NCBI GenBank assembly: GCA_951406725.2 | Contig: OX597825.1 | Location: 30,752,001 to 30,816,000, forward strand | Length of the DNA stretch: 64,000 bases | DNA from: Octopus vulgaris | Taxonomy: Eukaryota | Direction of reading: 5' to 3' | Shown: one piece after another, positions 12,981 to 27,639 of the stretch | Layout of the letters: every line of letters begins with the position of its first letter | Numbering within the stretch: the stretch's first letter is position 1 | Made by a program: the position numbers and the translations under genes | The notes under the pieces: model-generated | Told to the model about the DNA's origin: nothing | Databases searched by the model: none | Seen by the model: the letters and a program-made list of their open reading frames with translations, nothing else

Positions 12981-13227
12981 TTAACATCCATTTTTCATGC
13001 AGGCATGAGTTGGATGGCTTGACAGGAACCAGTAAGACGGGAGGTCACACTTGGTTCCATAGTCAGTTTTGGTTTGGGTTCTACCCCCAGATACACTTCC
13101 ACCAACCACTCAACAGAATGAACTGAGTGCCTTTTATGTGGTACCTGCACCAGCACCGATGCTTTTTACATGACACTTTCAATTTAGGATTTCCATTCTG
13201 TTGTGGTTGGCAAAGATATGTGTTATA

Positions 13228-13262
<35 letters not shown>

Positions 13263-13410
13263 CATCATCATCATCATCATCATCATTTAGCGTCCGCTTT
13301 CCATGCTAGCATGGGTTGGACGGTTCAACTGGGGTCTGTGAAGCTGGAAGGCTTCGTCAGGCCCAGTCAGATCTGGCAGTGTTTCTATGGCTGGATGCCC
13401 TTCCTAACGC
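12800..13410. mobile_element. Cluster of SINE fragments: family B head (+) and two family F tails (-)
   Basis: ggttcagttcc...ctgggcaaac, then (CAT)n followed by tttaacatccattttcatgc and tttagcgtccgctttccatgc. Confidence 0.7.
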
Positions 13411-13421
13411 CATATATATAC

Positions 13422-13489
<68 letters not shown>

Positions 13490-13656
13490 GGTGAATTGAA
13501 GAAATGGAGCTGAACGCAGATTGAACAGAAATCGTTTTATTTCATTCTACACATGTTTCGAAAGGCACAATTTACCAAAATCCGATTGAATAATGGGACC
13601 ATATTGTGTGGTCCCATTATTAATCTACTACAAGATTATTCATCTTTCTATTTCAC

Positions 13657-13697
<41 letters not shown>

Positions 13698-13699
<2 letters not shown>

Positions 13700-13935
13700 T
13701 TACTCTTTACTCTTTTACTCTTTTACTTGTTTCAATCATTTGACCGTGGCTATGCTGGAGCACCACCTTTAGTCGAGCAAACTGACCCCAGGACTTATTC
13801 TTTGTAAACCTAGTACTTATTCTATTGGTTTCTTTTGCTGAACTGCTAAGTTACGGGGATGTAAGCACACCAGCATAAGTTGTCAAGTGATGATGGGAGG
13901 ACAAACACAGACACACAAACATATACAGACATACA
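13698..13935 (-). mobile_element. SINE family B, 3' half
   Basis: ctttactctttactcttttacttgtttc tail, and body matching the 10289 copy. Confidence 0.85.
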
Positions 13936-14409
13936 TACAGGAGGAGGGGGAGGGGAGGAGGAGGAGAGAATAGGAGGAGGAAGGAATGAGAGGAGGAGGG
14001 GGAATGAGAGGAGGAGGAGGAGGAGGAGATGGTGGTGGTGATTGATGGTGAAAATGATGTACCTAGTTTCTTTCTTTGAAGTATTTTACAATCATTTTCC
14101 TCTCATTCTATCATGTGTAAATAGATTCTTCCATCAGAGCAACTTCCTCCTTTCTCTCTCTCATACCATTCCTTTCAATAACTTACTAGACCATTAATCA
14201 GGAGTCAAATTTATTCATTTTTCTTTCTTTTCAAAAAAAGGCTGCTACACATAATGCTATATGTTTTGCCTTTGGATACAAAAGCCATCAGAGGAGGGCT
14301 AAATATTTGAGCCCAGGCCTATATAGTTTGCTATCCAGTCTCTGGAGTTCATAGCCATTGTGTTTCTGCTTCCCAATCGTGTGGCCATGGGTTCACCACC
14401 GTTAGTCAA

Positions 14410-14690
14410 TCAGTCTCTTTTGCTGAACTGCTAAGTTATGGAGACGTAAACAGACCAACATCGGTTGTCAGGCAATGGTGGGAGGATAAACACAGACACA
14501 CAAACACACACACACATATATTTATATGTATACAACAGGCCTCTTTTAGTTTCTCTCTACCAAATCCACTCACAAGGATTTGGTTGGCCCAAGGCTATAG
14601 TGGAAGACACTTGCCCAAGGTGCCATGCAGTGGGACTGAACCCAGAACCATGTGGTTGGTAAGCAAGTTACTTACCACAGAGCCACTCCT
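14410..14690 (-). mobile_element. SINE family B, 5' part
   Basis: Ends in cttaccacagagccactcct, the reverse complement of the head. Confidence 0.85.
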
Positions 14691-14994
14691 AAGAATATTA
14701 AAAGGGGTCCATGGAAAAACTCATTAGGAACCACTGTTGGGAACCACTGATTTAATCCAAGGCAGCCAGCTGGCAGGATTGTTAGCATGCTGGACAAAAT
14801 GCTTAGTGACATTTCATCCCATTTCCACATTCTGAGTTCAAATTCCATCAAGGCCAACTTTGCCTTTCATTGCTTTTGCACTTGATAAAAGTATGTACCA
14901 GTTGACCAATGGGGGTCGATGTAATCGCTTTACCCCTTCATCTGAAATAACTGGCCTTGTGCCAAAATTTGAAACCTATATTTATTTAATCCAA

Positions 14995-15419
14995 GGAAGC
15001 TGAGACATGGCAAACAACAGTTAAGTCAAATAAGAAAATACAAACATTCATCAACAAATGCTTGCATAGTATACTTAAAATTAGAGGGCCCGAACACATA
15101 AGTAATATGGAGCTATGGCAAAGAACAAATCAAGTTTCAATTAGGGAGCAAATATTTAAAAAATAGTGGAAGTGGATTGGTAGCACAATTAGAAAAGAAA
15201 CACCAAATGTAGCGAAAAGTGCTTTACAGTGGAAACCAGATAGATATAGAAGGAGAGGTAGGCCTAAGAACTCGTGGCGTAAATCAACACGAAAGGAACT
15301 AGAGAAAGGGGGACATTCATAGCAGAGTATAAGTATAGAAGCGAAAAATTATGCGACATGGAATTCAACTATAAGTGGCCTATACTCCACATTGGAGGGC
15401 TAAAGGCAGGAAAAAAAAA
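14995..15419 (+). mobile_element. RTE/RTE-X-like LINE 3' end with A tail
   Basis: Reads IQTFINKCLHSILKIRGPEHISNMELWQRTNQ...WKWIG...ALQWKP...RRRGRPKNSWRK, with stops. Confidence 0.75.
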
Positions 15420-16270
15420 CTGAACAAAACAAATGTAAAAATGAACAAAGCAAAGATGGTGTAGCTTTTTAAGTGATAAGTCTCATCTAGGGCCTTGCAA
15501 AAAGCCTTTTCCTCTGTTAATGTTGCAATCATAATTCAAAAACAAACTGAACTGTATTTTTTGCTTTTTATTCTTCAGTTGCTTCTAATCACATATGGTT
15601 GTTGTCAGTGCATTAAATTATATCCTCTACTTCAGCAAAGCTATTTAGCATTCAAATTACTGAATTCATACACCATAAACATATTACTGTTTGTTTCAAT
15701 CAGCCATAAGCAAGCTTATTAAATAAATTACATTTAATAAAATCCACCATATGTCTCACCAAATCTTACTGGAAATCAGGATTTTTTAAATTTAATTATT
15801 TTATCACTTTTGTAAGTGTTTGTGAACCTATTCATGATTATTAAAAGCAATTGGCCAGAAAGCTTTCAGAATTGTTTGTACATCAGAAGAAATTTTTTGC
15901 AGTATTTTTCCAGCACTTTAAGTTTTGAGTTCAAACCCCCACCAAGATCAGCTTTACCTTTCATCTTTTCAGGGCCAATAAATCAAAGTATTAGAGTCAA
16001 TGAATATTGACTAATTCTCACCCCTCATAATCTTGTAGAATCATTAAAGTATCAGAAACACGCATAACAGTATTTCTTCTGGTTTTTTACATTCTGAGTT
16101 CAAATCCCACCAAGGTTCACTTCGACTTTCATCCTTTAGGGCTCAATAAAATAAAGTACCAATCAAGTACTGTGGTTTGTAGAATCAATTATCTTACACC
16201 TTTCAAAATTACTTGCCTTGTGCCTAAATCACAAGTAATTACTATTATCATTAATATTATTATTATTATT

Positions 16271-16792
16271 GAGTGAGTGATGTACATCATCAAAGTGATG
16301 CTGGGGTAGAAATATACAAAGCCCAAATAAATCCATTATGGTTACCCATCTGTTTAGGGTACACCAGGTGCATGCATCACAGCCATATATGCACAACATG
16401 GTGATCTCATATCAAGTTAAACAGCACATGACCTTGCAGGTGGGATCCAGTTAGAATTTTCTACTTGAATAAGATTTGTTTAAGGATGTTGAATGAAGCA
16501 CTCATGTTTCTAGAGGTGAATTATTCAAACCTGAAAGAATTCCTCTCAGCACATGACTACAATGCTCCCCCACTAACCTTGCTTGTGATCAGAGATGAAC
16601 ATATCGTCAGCCACCATTGGACATGCTCAGCTGGTTAAGGTCAAGCAAGTGACATGAAAATCTGTGGTATTGAACAGAATATTTGCTGTAGCCCATCTTT
16701 ATACCAAAACAAAACACTGTACATGATAACACTTCTAATCAGACAAGATCAGAGATCATGAGAGCAAGTGTCTGGTACTGTATTAGGGCATT
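16271..16792 (-). mobile_element. (AAT)n-flanked interspersed element (family E); second copy at 54369-54830
   Basis: High similarity to 54369-54830; (ATT)n arrays on both sides. Confidence 0.75.
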
Positions 16793-17395
16793 TATTATTA
16801 TTATTATTACACCCTTGCCTGCTCCTATCAAGTCGTCCAAATCATGCCAGCATGGAGATTTTGATTCTGATGGTAGTGGTGGTGGTGGCGGTGGTGGTGG
16901 TGGTGGTGGTGGTGTAAAGTTCATTTTTCCCAGCCTACTTGCAACAGATCTTTAAGCTGTTATGTTCCATGTGGTGGCCAGTTCTATGTCTCATGTTCCA
17001 GTCCATTTTGAGAACAAAGTCTAACTATCTGAAGTATCAGCATTTTATTTGGAAGCCTACACTCTTGCAACTAGTTTTGAGACTCAGTTTATTTGAAACT
17101 TTGTTTATTCAGAAGAGGCTGAAAATTTTACTTCAGACACACATTGTTGAAAAAAATTGATCTGATTCATGTCTCCTTTTAACACTCACCCATATTCTGA
17201 TCCGTACATTGATACAGATTTAGCATTGCCGTTATTAATCTTTATCTTAAACTGTATTGCCTAGACTTCCAGATCAACTGAACTGTTGTGGATGCTCCAT
17301 GAGATTTGGTAAGCCATGTCTTGATTCCTATTTTTGTCTTATTGACTCTGCTGTGACTTCCTGTACATGTAGTCTTCCATATAAGGTTCAATAGA

Positions 17396-18828
17396 TGCAA
17401 GGGTAGGCTAAAAAGTACATCAACTGACTATGAAGGAGTGATGCTGCAAAGGCTGTGAAATCTTGCATGCATTAATTTTAGCACCTTTTAATAATAACTA
17501 CATTGTTTTGTTCCAGGTAAACTGATGTAAGTCTGTTCAAAAAAGACTTCAGAAGTAACTAGTAGCAATTTCTCTTGAAAATGGACGAAATTTGGCATCG
17601 TGCTATTATCAAGTACCTGCAGAAAAAGGGTTTAGCTCCCAAGGACATTTATGCTGACATGGTTGCTACACTAGGAGCTGATGCTCCAGCTTTATCAACA
17701 GTGCAAAAGGGGCGGCTGAATTTAGGATGCAGAAGGGAGAGTCTTGAAGATCACCCGACTGCCATTACCAAGGAAAACATTGTGTTCACCACATGGTGAT
17801 GGATGACAAGTGACTGACTATTTCAAATAGCCAATGTTATTAGCATATCCAATGATGAAGATGTCTGCTCAGTGAGAGTGATATCTTCTGGCATCTGATC
17901 AAAAGTGCACCAGGCTGATCATATCACAGGAAAATCCGACATTGTTTGAGCTAGAGCCAGTTGATTTCCTTGAACATTTCCTCATCCAGGATGAGTGTTG
18001 GCTTCATCATTTTGAGCCAGAGACAAAGAGACAATCCATGCGGTGGAAGCATTCTTCCTCACCTGCTCTAAAGAAGACAAAGGCCATTTTATTGTTTCAT
18101 CTGCAGGGAAAATAATGGCCTCAGTTATTAGGGATAAGATGCAATGAAAATTTTAGGAAAATAAAAATAAGAAGTAAGTGGAAATTTTACCCGTGAGTGA
18201 GTTACATTATAAGGTACAAAAAGATAATGACTCTTCCCAGACACAACAGAATATGCTTCAACACACCAACACACGAACACATATAAAGAATCTTGCAAAT
18301 CAAATCCAAAAACGAAATAAAAAAAAGTATTGTGTTTATCAATTATCTTCAAAAGGACTCTACCATCAATGGAGAGTACTATGTCAACTTGCCGAGGCAG
18401 CTATGAAAGGGTCTCAAAACAAAATGGCCAGGAAAACTGACAGAAGAGATTTTGTTTCATCAGGACAATACTCCAGCAAACAAGTCCTTAGTTTCAATCG
18501 CTGCAGTGCATGACTAGCTTTGAACTGGTTGACCAGCCTCCCTATTCTCTTTATTTAGTCCCACTTAACTCTCATCTGTTTGCCAACATGAAAAAAACAC
18601 TAGACTGGGAATTAGTATCACAGTGATGATGACATCATATCTGCTGTTGATGACTTTTTTTGACCAACAGGATGGAAGCTTCTTTACCAAAGGGATCCAA
18701 GCACTGCAACACCGATGGAAGAAAGTGTGCCAACCACAAGGGAGACTATGTTGAAAAATGAACTTCATTTAGTCACATTTGATGAGAATGTCTTGGCCAG
18801 CCTATGAACTTCTCAGCCGACCTTCATA
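17396..18828 (+). mobile_element. Decayed mariner (DD34D-type) transposon with both TIRs and a ~220-bp insertion at ~18125-18350
   Basis: Reads MDEIWHRAIIKYLQKKG..PKDIYADM, DECWLHHFEPETKRQSMRWK, a PPYS..L.P-like motif and GIQALQHRWKK. The right TIR cagcctatgaacttctcagccgaccttcata is an imperfect inverse of the left end. Confidence 0.85.
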
Positions 18829-20379
18829 TATCGTTTGAAATACTTTTTCTATTAATTATTCATTAATGTTCATTTTTATTCATTCAGCTTTGTATTTTTA
18901 GTTTGTGTTGGCAGTGATAAGTGAAGGGATGTTGAAGTTTATGTACATGACTTGTGTTTTTGAGGTATTCACAATAAGGTCTATCTGCTTTGCATAATTA
19001 TTCAACTCATTGGTTTTCTCTTGTAGATGATCTCTCTTTGAATAGAAAGCTGCAGGGTCATTCACATAACCAAGATTTTGTAAATTAATATGATGAAGGC
19101 CGTGAGGTTAAAATTTAACCAAACACACTACTTAACTTTGTATGAATGTATATTAATACATCTAACATCATTATTTATTATGGATGTTAAAGAAAGGTAT
19201 TGAAGTATTTAATTCGATTCCTTTATGCTTTGAGTTCAAATCTCACCAGGAGAAGAATTTGCCTTACATCCATCAAGAATCAATAAAAGTTTTTTATCAA
19301 TCATCTGTCAGTACATAATTCAATTATCTTTACTTCCCAACCTGTAGCCTGATATCATATATATATATAAAAAAATATCAGTATCATGAATATTAATGTG
19401 TTAAGCTTATTTACTCAACATTTGTGTACATCGAGCCGGAATGATGTAAAGTAATTAATTTTATTTCAAAATCTTATTTAAAATACAGATTAGAAAAAAA
19501 AAAAAAAATTTCATTCAAATAAAAAAAATCATAGAGATTGAGGCTAGAAATGAAAAATCTGATAACTAGATTATAAGAGAACATTCTGCTTGGATCAGAT
19601 TTGTATAACTGTGGATTAACAATGTTTGCATTGGAAATCAGTTGAGTTAGTATGGTTACTGTGTAACTTTAAGAATTAAAAAAAAGGCTGAGAACACTTA
19701 GTATGCAGTATTAGAGGTTCTGTCATAATTTTAAAAGATCCTTATCAACAGAGTTATCAGAAAGAGTATTGGGAAGGATGCATTAAATAATCAATCAGTT
19801 TACACTTTTTTTTTAACCTATTATGGCATAACATGTTTTAAGATTTAGATTTTTAGACTGACTACCTTAGATAAAGACAGGTTGGCTCAGCCAAAGTACT
19901 GATTAAAAGCATAAGCATAAAGGAAAACAAAACTTCCTCTCAATAAGCAGAATCTACTACAGCTTTGAAGGCACTGTTGTTGTTTTTGTTGCTGTTGTTG
20001 TTGTTGTTCATGTTCTTGTTATTATTCATGCTAATTGATTGAAAGCATTTTTTACTTCTTTCTCTTTGCATTACCGAATGAAATTTTCATTGGAGTACTA
20101 GCTAACGAAGGATTATAATTACCCCAAAAAAGGCTTGCCCACCAAATCCAGGAATACACATAAAGGAAAATTTGGTTTTGCACTTAATTTTATTTACTTA
20201 AACATGCTGGTCACAATTTCACATTCAAATGGCTATCATAATACAAGACAAAATAGTGTACTAAGAAATTATGTAGAACAAAAAGGAGAAAAACATAAAT
20301 GTTTTGAGGAACAATTTATGTGAAAAATTATTCCAAAGAGTCAAACAAATACTTTTGAAGATAATAATGGCAACAGTAG

Positions 20380-20580
20380 TGGAGGCGCAATGGCCCAGTG
20401 GTTAGGGCAGTGGACTCACAGTCAGAGGATCGCAGCTTCGATTCCCAAACCGGGCGTTGTGTGTGTTTATTGAGCAAAAACACCTAAAGCTCCATGAGGC
20501 TCCAGCTGGGGGGAACACATATGCCATAGAAACCAGGAAACCAGACTCATGAGCCTCGCTAGGCTTGAAAAGGGTGAAAA
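20380..20580 (+). mobile_element. tRNA-derived SINE (family C-related)
   Basis: Head ggaggcgcaatggcccagtggttaggg...ttcgattccc. Confidence 0.8.
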
Positions 20581-20774
20581 GAAAAAGAAAAAGAAGAATA
20601 GCAACAGTAACACTTATACAGAGTCAAGCATTTTAAATCACTCATATTGTGGTTATCTTAAAACTAATCTTGACTTGGTTGTAATACAAAATTTTTTCAT
20701 TTAACACAATTTCCAGGAGAAAAGCAAGTTCACTTTTTAATATCTTGCTAAATTTCTCTCCTCTCTCTTATATT

Positions 20775-21123
20775 AAACTTATTGGCACATGTGTCAGGGG
20801 CATGTGAAAAACAACATTCAAGTGTGGTCATTGCCAGTGCCTGCCAGACTGGGTCCCATGCAGGTAGCATGTAAAAAAACACCTTTTGAGCATGGTTGTT
20901 GCCAGAGCTGCCTGACTGGCCCTCTTGCCGGTGGCGCGTAAAAGCACCCACAACACTCTTGGAGAGGTTGGCATTAGGAAGGGCATCCAGCTGTAGAAAG
21001 TTTGCTAGATCAGATTGAGCCTGGTGCAGCCTTCTGGTTCACCAATCCTCAGTCAAACTGTCCAACTCATACCAGCATGGAAAGCGAACGTTAAACACCG
21101 ATGATGATGATGATGATGATGAT
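20775..21123 (+). mobile_element. SINE family F with (GAT)n tail
   Basis: ggtggcgcgtaaaagcaccc...ggaagggcatccagctgtag...gatgatgatg. Confidence 0.85.
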
Positions 21124-23431
21124 TGAAATTGATGCAATGCATCTATAATAAGTGTTTAACAGAATGTGTATTTGTAGCCTAATAGACTAATAGAACATTT
21201 GTGTTCTGATTGAAACTACAACCAAAATATATCTAAACGTAGGAATACTTCCTCACTGGAGAAAAAATGTACAACTATAATTTTAAAATGTGCATTACAT
21301 TGTCGAACATTTGTATAACATACCAAGTATATTCCCTTATTAGAGAATTGAAAAAGAAACTTCAAAGGTTTCTGACAGGCACCTTTTTTGAGAAGATCCT
21401 AGTTTACTTATGATTTTATTTGATTACTAGTAGCTCTATCTTAATCACCAACAACCACTTGTTGGAAGGAATCAACTAAACTAAACTACTTCCTTACATA
21501 AAGGAGATTCCTGTCTTTTGTTTTATTTTCCTTCTTTAACAAATCACAGACGGGTTTTGGGAGTTGTGTTTTGTTTTGCTTTTGTTTTCTTAAGAAGATA
21601 TAATAGATTATGTCTTATTTTCATCTTAGACATTTCCTGCATATTCTATTTGTAATCTTGTCACATATGTTTGCAATTTTACTGTAAATATAAGTTCCAA
21701 CAAGAATTTATCTATACAATATAATTTTCTTTGTGGAACATTCTGCCATATTTTCACAGTTCTTCTACTAACAATGTTACAACACTAAGATTATAAACTT
21801 GAAACTTAATATAAATATCAAGGAAAAGACTTACTAAGATAAGTCTCACTGTTACTATATTATTGCTTGGGAGATATACTTCTTGAGTAATTTTACTATG
21901 TTTTTTCTGCATTAGTTCTATATATATTTTTTACCTCTTTTGTTTCCTTTCTGGTTCTTACATTTAGTACTATAATAGTAGAATGTACAATTTATTTACA
22001 TTTTGTAGGAAAATAATAACATCAACATTTGCAAATACAATCTTATTTGTATATGATTGCTAAATAAATAAACAATGTAAACATGGCACCATTTCTGAAT
22101 ATCATTCCAGGTAAACATACCATAACAAAACTTCAAATTCCTTTAAGCTACATGTTTATATTCTGTTGATTTATCAAATTTAGATACATTATAAACCATG
22201 TAAGAGAAAACCTTATCTGAAGAACATTTATATGGAATATTTTTCATCAAAGGAGCAGCCAAGAAAAACACTTTGAATTATAACTGACTTCAGTTAATTT
22301 GGTCAACTGAATTTACATTTGTCTGTATTATATTTTGTTTTCTTTCACTTTTTTCTTATGTTGTTACCAAAACCTTTACTAACAAACTTAGGTTTCAAAA
22401 ACTCAGCATCATTCCTAATATTTCTCTAATTAAATTTATATCCATTTCATTGAAACAGAAATGATATTATATAGCTGAATTCTGTGTGCCCTATTAATGG
22501 AATTCAATGCTGTTCCCTTGATATTGTATTATTATGTTATGTAGATTGAAAATTGTGAACTGTTAGATTTCAGCCAGCTGTTTTGTTGTTTTTCAAGGAC
22601 TTTGATGATGAGGTAAAGCATCAAAAAGTTCTTAATGTTTAAAAAAGCAATATACAGTACTCGTTCATATTCTATGACTGAAAGTAAAGTTCTTCAACAT
22701 TATTCTGATAAATGTAATGAGGTTACAATTATGCTTAGATAATAAAGGTTTTTATTACTTGCCATCAAAGTACTTTTTAATTTTTTCTTATTGTTTCATA
22801 GATAACTTGTTTATTCATCCCTTTGATGACAGCAGTGCAGTAAAATAGATAGTAATTTTATTTTGGCTTGCATTTAACTCTTTTCATCAGCATGAACAGA
22901 AGAAAAAACTGGATCCCACAGGTTAAATCAATGACTCAGTAAGACTGATCACCCATTCGTGAATATTTCTGATCATAAATAGGAGAAACTCACCTGTCAG
23001 TTTAGAGATGATGAAGGAAAGAACGATAGACCAGTCATAGGTAAGATAACAGTTAATAGCAAGCAGAACAACAAGAACCACAACAACATCATCATTATCA
23101 TCAACAACAACAACTACAACAACAATAATAAGGGCTGCTGTCAGAATTGTTAGCATGTTGAGCAAAATGCTTAGCAGCATTCCATCCATTCTGACATTCC
23201 AAGTTCTAATGATGCTGGGTTGAGAAGAAAAAAGATGAACATTTGAATGAATAGTTAATGAATAAAAATATTCTAAGCAGTCTAACAGTAAATTTGAAGA
23301 CAGGAATAATAAAAAGAACAAAACCAGTATCAACAATTGCACTCAGAAACTCAAAAACAACCACCTAAGGATTTAGCATGATGTCATTCTGGAGCATGTT
23401 TCAACCATGCTATCATCTCCTTTTGCTATTT

Positions 23432-23473
<42 letters not shown>

Positions 23474-23529
23474 GACTACGACGACGACGACGACGACGAC
23501 GACTACTACTACTACCTTCGTTTCCTAGA

Positions 23530-24140
23530 GCTGGCTAGTCATACGCTTTTGCCTCTCAGACACTCCAGAATCTAAAGGCATCCCCCACTGCGAAAATCTC
23601 TACAGTCTTTACTTTCTATCAATCTTTCCTCTCTACTGCAGTTTCTTTTAATTGGCTTCTCTCTTTGTTTCTCTTTCTCTCTCGCTCTCTTTCGTCAATA
23701 GTCTCACTTTTATACTTCTATCCTTTTATACAGTCAGTCACCTTCCTGTAAAGTCCCTCTTCCTCCTCTTTAGTCTTCCCCTCCTAAAATAGTCTTAAAT
23801 AATCTCTTCTTTATACTACAGTCTCCCTTCTCTACAGTCAATCTTCCAACATTACAACAGTCTCCTCTGTACAAGAGTATTTGTTTTATATAATGATTTT
23901 CCTTTGAGACAAGTCTTTGCTCTCCACAGTCTTTGCTCTCCACAGTCTTTGCTCTCCTTATTTTGTCCCTCCCTATACCAATCTCCAATCTCCTTCTACT
24001 TTTGTCTTTACCCTCCACAATTGTTTTCATTCACTCTACAGTAGTCTCTTTTCTCTGCAACTATCACTAGTCTTTTCTTTATATTTTAATATTTCCACTC
24101 TACATCAGTCTTCTATCTCTACATCAATCACCTCAGATTA
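23530..24140. repeat. Degenerate CT-rich low-complexity tandem repeat (ctctacagtc-like motif)
   Basis: Repeated tctctacagtc / ctccacagtctttgct motifs. Confidence 0.6.
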
Positions 24141-25999
24141 GTCTTCCTTTTTAATATTGCATCCAACTCTTTCATAACAATGTTTTACTATCATTAAAAC
24201 ATATGCTGTTTGGTCAGCAAGCAAACTTATTTGAAAGTATTCATAGCAGTAAAATCTTTCTCAACAGGCATGCAACTGTCTTTTAGAACATAGACTACAT
24301 GAGCAAAGAAGGGAATGTCATTAGAGGCTTTAGATATATGCAATGTATCAATGAATTTACCATCAACATTATAAATATTTTCTTTAAAACTGAGACCACT
24401 TAAGACTGCATTTCTCCTGTTTTTCTCCCACTCGTTTAATGCAAGATAATGAATGGATATCTAAAGTTAGAAGCACTGACTGAATACATCGTTTCATTAG
24501 CAACTTCCAGATTGTAGACTTCCTCGAACAGAGCCAAACGGGAGGACAACTCAACGCCACCAACAAAAACAACAACAACAATTACAATTACAATTACAAC
24601 AGCCGCATCAACGAGAACAACAACATCATTTACCCTTGTAGAACTTCTTTTCGCTGAACCAATCAGAAATTCAACTATTTATGGATCTTTGATTAACATT
24701 ACAGTATATATTTTTTTTATCCATTTTATTAATTTTTTATTTTTTTTGGCAAATAGCACTCCTTATCCTTTCTCCCTCCCCCCATTTCACCCCCACCCTG
24801 TTAACTACTAGTTTGTTTATTTACAAATAAACTGCAGCACCAAAGTTATTTTCGTACCATTTCTCACTCTAATGGATTATTTTAGAATGCATTATGCAAA
24901 TGAAATAGATAGAACACATTATGCTAATAGAACTTTTATTTTATTTATTTATCTATTCATTTATTTACTGGTTTATTTCAATTTTGTTCTTGTTTGAAAG
25001 TTTAAATCAAGATTAATAGATTTTTTTGTTTTTTTGGTTTCTCATTTTTTTTTTGTTTTTATTTTTATATAAATTTTCTGTTTGGTGGTAGACATAGAAA
25101 TATTCAGCTTCTGTATCATTATATCGCAGAAGATGGAAGGAAAATCTTCGCCACAAATATAATAGCATAAACAATAACTACCACTAATTCCAATACATCT
25201 ACTACTGCTACTGCTGCTGCTGCTGTTGTTGTTGTTGCAGAAGTTTTCTGTAGCTTGTGAATTAGGGTGTGTTGAACATTAAAATATGATGTAAACTTCA
25301 ACATTGTTTTATGAAATAAATGTATGTTTAGCTGACAGAATATAACATGTTTGGGAATAAGACTGAATTGAATAGAAATTTATTGGTAGCACATGCACAA
25401 CCTGGATATTAGCAACTGGCCTCCCTCTCTCTCGCTCTCTTCCTCTCCTTCACTCTCTCTCTCTAAATATATATATATGTGTGTGTGTATGTGTTATCTG
25501 TTCTTTTCCCTATTCATCTTTATTTACCATTCTGTCTACAGTCCTTGTCATTTCAGTCAGAAAACTTATCTCAATTGCTTTCCTTGCCATGTTCGTTTAG
25601 TGTCTACTTCTCTATACCCCAACAGCTAATGTTTCTGACTACCAACTCAAACAATATTTGCAATATTTGCCGAAAAAGTCGAAATCATGATGATATTTGG
25701 CTGCCAACTGATGAGGGGTGGAGCTTGTATGTATCCATTGTACACACACACACACACATACATATTATTTTCCTATAAATGCCTTTGTCTTCACTCTGCA
25801 CCACCTTCTTCATTATATATTCATGTATGTATAAATATATATATGTATGTTTGTATGTCACATCTGCCTGCATATATATATATATATATATATATATGGA
25901 TATATGGATGGATGGATGAACGGGTAGGAAACAGCTTCTCTTTTAGTTGTCTTTTTAAAGACATTATTGTGTTCCATTTTATACTTTGTGATCAAGCTT

Positions 26000-27150
26000 T
26001 TTAATATTTTCATATGACATCTTTGCAAGTTATTTGGAACAGTAAGTGCCTTGAGTCTATCATGAACATTTTTAAACCTTCATAGAAACTCATCTTCAGG
26101 ATGAAGTAATATTGGAGTATGTTGCTGCCTCTTTATACTCATGCAACTGATGTAGACAATACCACTAGAATTTGAATTTTAACTCCTATATTCATATATC
26201 ATCATCAGTCAAGTTTTTATTCTTGTTTGGAATTAATATATTCTGTCAATTTATATTTCATAAGAATTTTTTCTGCCATTAATTGTTTATAATTGTGGAG
26301 AATTTCTATAGTTTTTAGATGTGTTGACTACTCACGTTTTTATGTCTATTTAGATTTTGCATTTTGAGGTGAGTGCATTGTAATTTAATGTTGGAAGCTG
26401 TCATGCTTGTATTGCCACTATAACAGTTAGAGTCATGAAGTTTACAACTATCATATTTGCCATCAAATTTGTTTATCACATTGATCATTACTAGATTGTT
26501 TAAAATGTTAGAGTTTTGTAGTATCTTAAAAGTGTTTATTTATTGTAAGGTGTAATGCATTTTGTGTTGAATTACACCAAACATAATCAAGGTTTTGATG
26601 ATATGTTCATCTGTTTTATATTTAGTATGCATTTGATTTATATACTTATAACTTTTTTTGACACACATAGTTACTATTTCCATATTTCCTTTAACATATC
26701 AAGAATGCCATCATACTGTCATGGCATGATCCCTGACACATTTTACCGGAATCATGTCAAAATCAGTTACTGACAAGATTCTATAAACCACAAGAGCTTT
26801 CCTTCCATTTTTTTGTTTTGCCGTTTTCTTTTCTTTTTGAATTTAGGTTTAGTAATTTTTCTGTTTGTTGTTCCTTGAACATTGTGACACATAGGTCTTT
26901 AGTTACATTCATATTCGATTCACAAACTTTTCTATCTGCCTTGTGTATTTATATTTTATTTTTTTATTCCCTGTCTGTATTGTTTATTTACTTGCTTATC
27001 AAAATAGTTATCACTATTCAATAATTAATACTTACTAATGGTGACTTTTTTTTCCTCTTAAAAGTAGCTGGTTTTGAATGTTTAGAAAGTCATTTACTGT
27101 TTATATGTAAATAGTCATTAAGTATGTTGAGAAAATGTTCTTATAATGTT
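26000..27150 (-). mobile_element. Possible highly decayed PLE reverse transcriptase remnant
   Basis: The minus strand near 26275-26320 resembles a frameshifted KT.DFST.YT.I motif, and the minus strand is strongly A-rich. Weak evidence. Confidence 0.25.
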
Positions 27151-27179
27151 TACTTGCTTGCTTCAGTTAGCAACTCCTG

Positions 27180-27400
27180 ACGAAGTCATGGAGACACCAT
27201 TGAGATATCTTGCATTACTGAGTTCTTCAACTGTTGTGCTTATGTTTCAGAACTCAGGTCTGTAGTAATGATTTACCTGTCTGTCCCTTGATGTCATCCA
27301 TCAATCTTTTTTTATTCTTTTTGCCTCTCCTTTTTTTTTCCTTCACAGTTCCTTGGAGAATGGTCTTGGAAAAAAAAACATTCCATTTTGCTTCTTGACC
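27180..27400 (-). mobile_element. Decayed RTE LINE 3' end
   Basis: The minus strand reads SKTILQGTVKK..RG...RLMDDIKGQTG. Confidence 0.6.
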
Positions 27401-27591
27401 ACACCATCTCAACACTCTTCTGCCCACAACTCTACTGATATAAAACTCTTACTAAGTTGGTTTATATGATGATGATGATGATGATAGTGACAGCTAGAAT
27501 ACTTAGGAGGCCTCTTGGCATCTGAAGTTACTTGTAACCAGATGTAAAGAATTTTTCTTTTCTAGCAGTTTAATCTGTTGTGCATATATGA

Positions 27592-27639
<48 letters not shown>

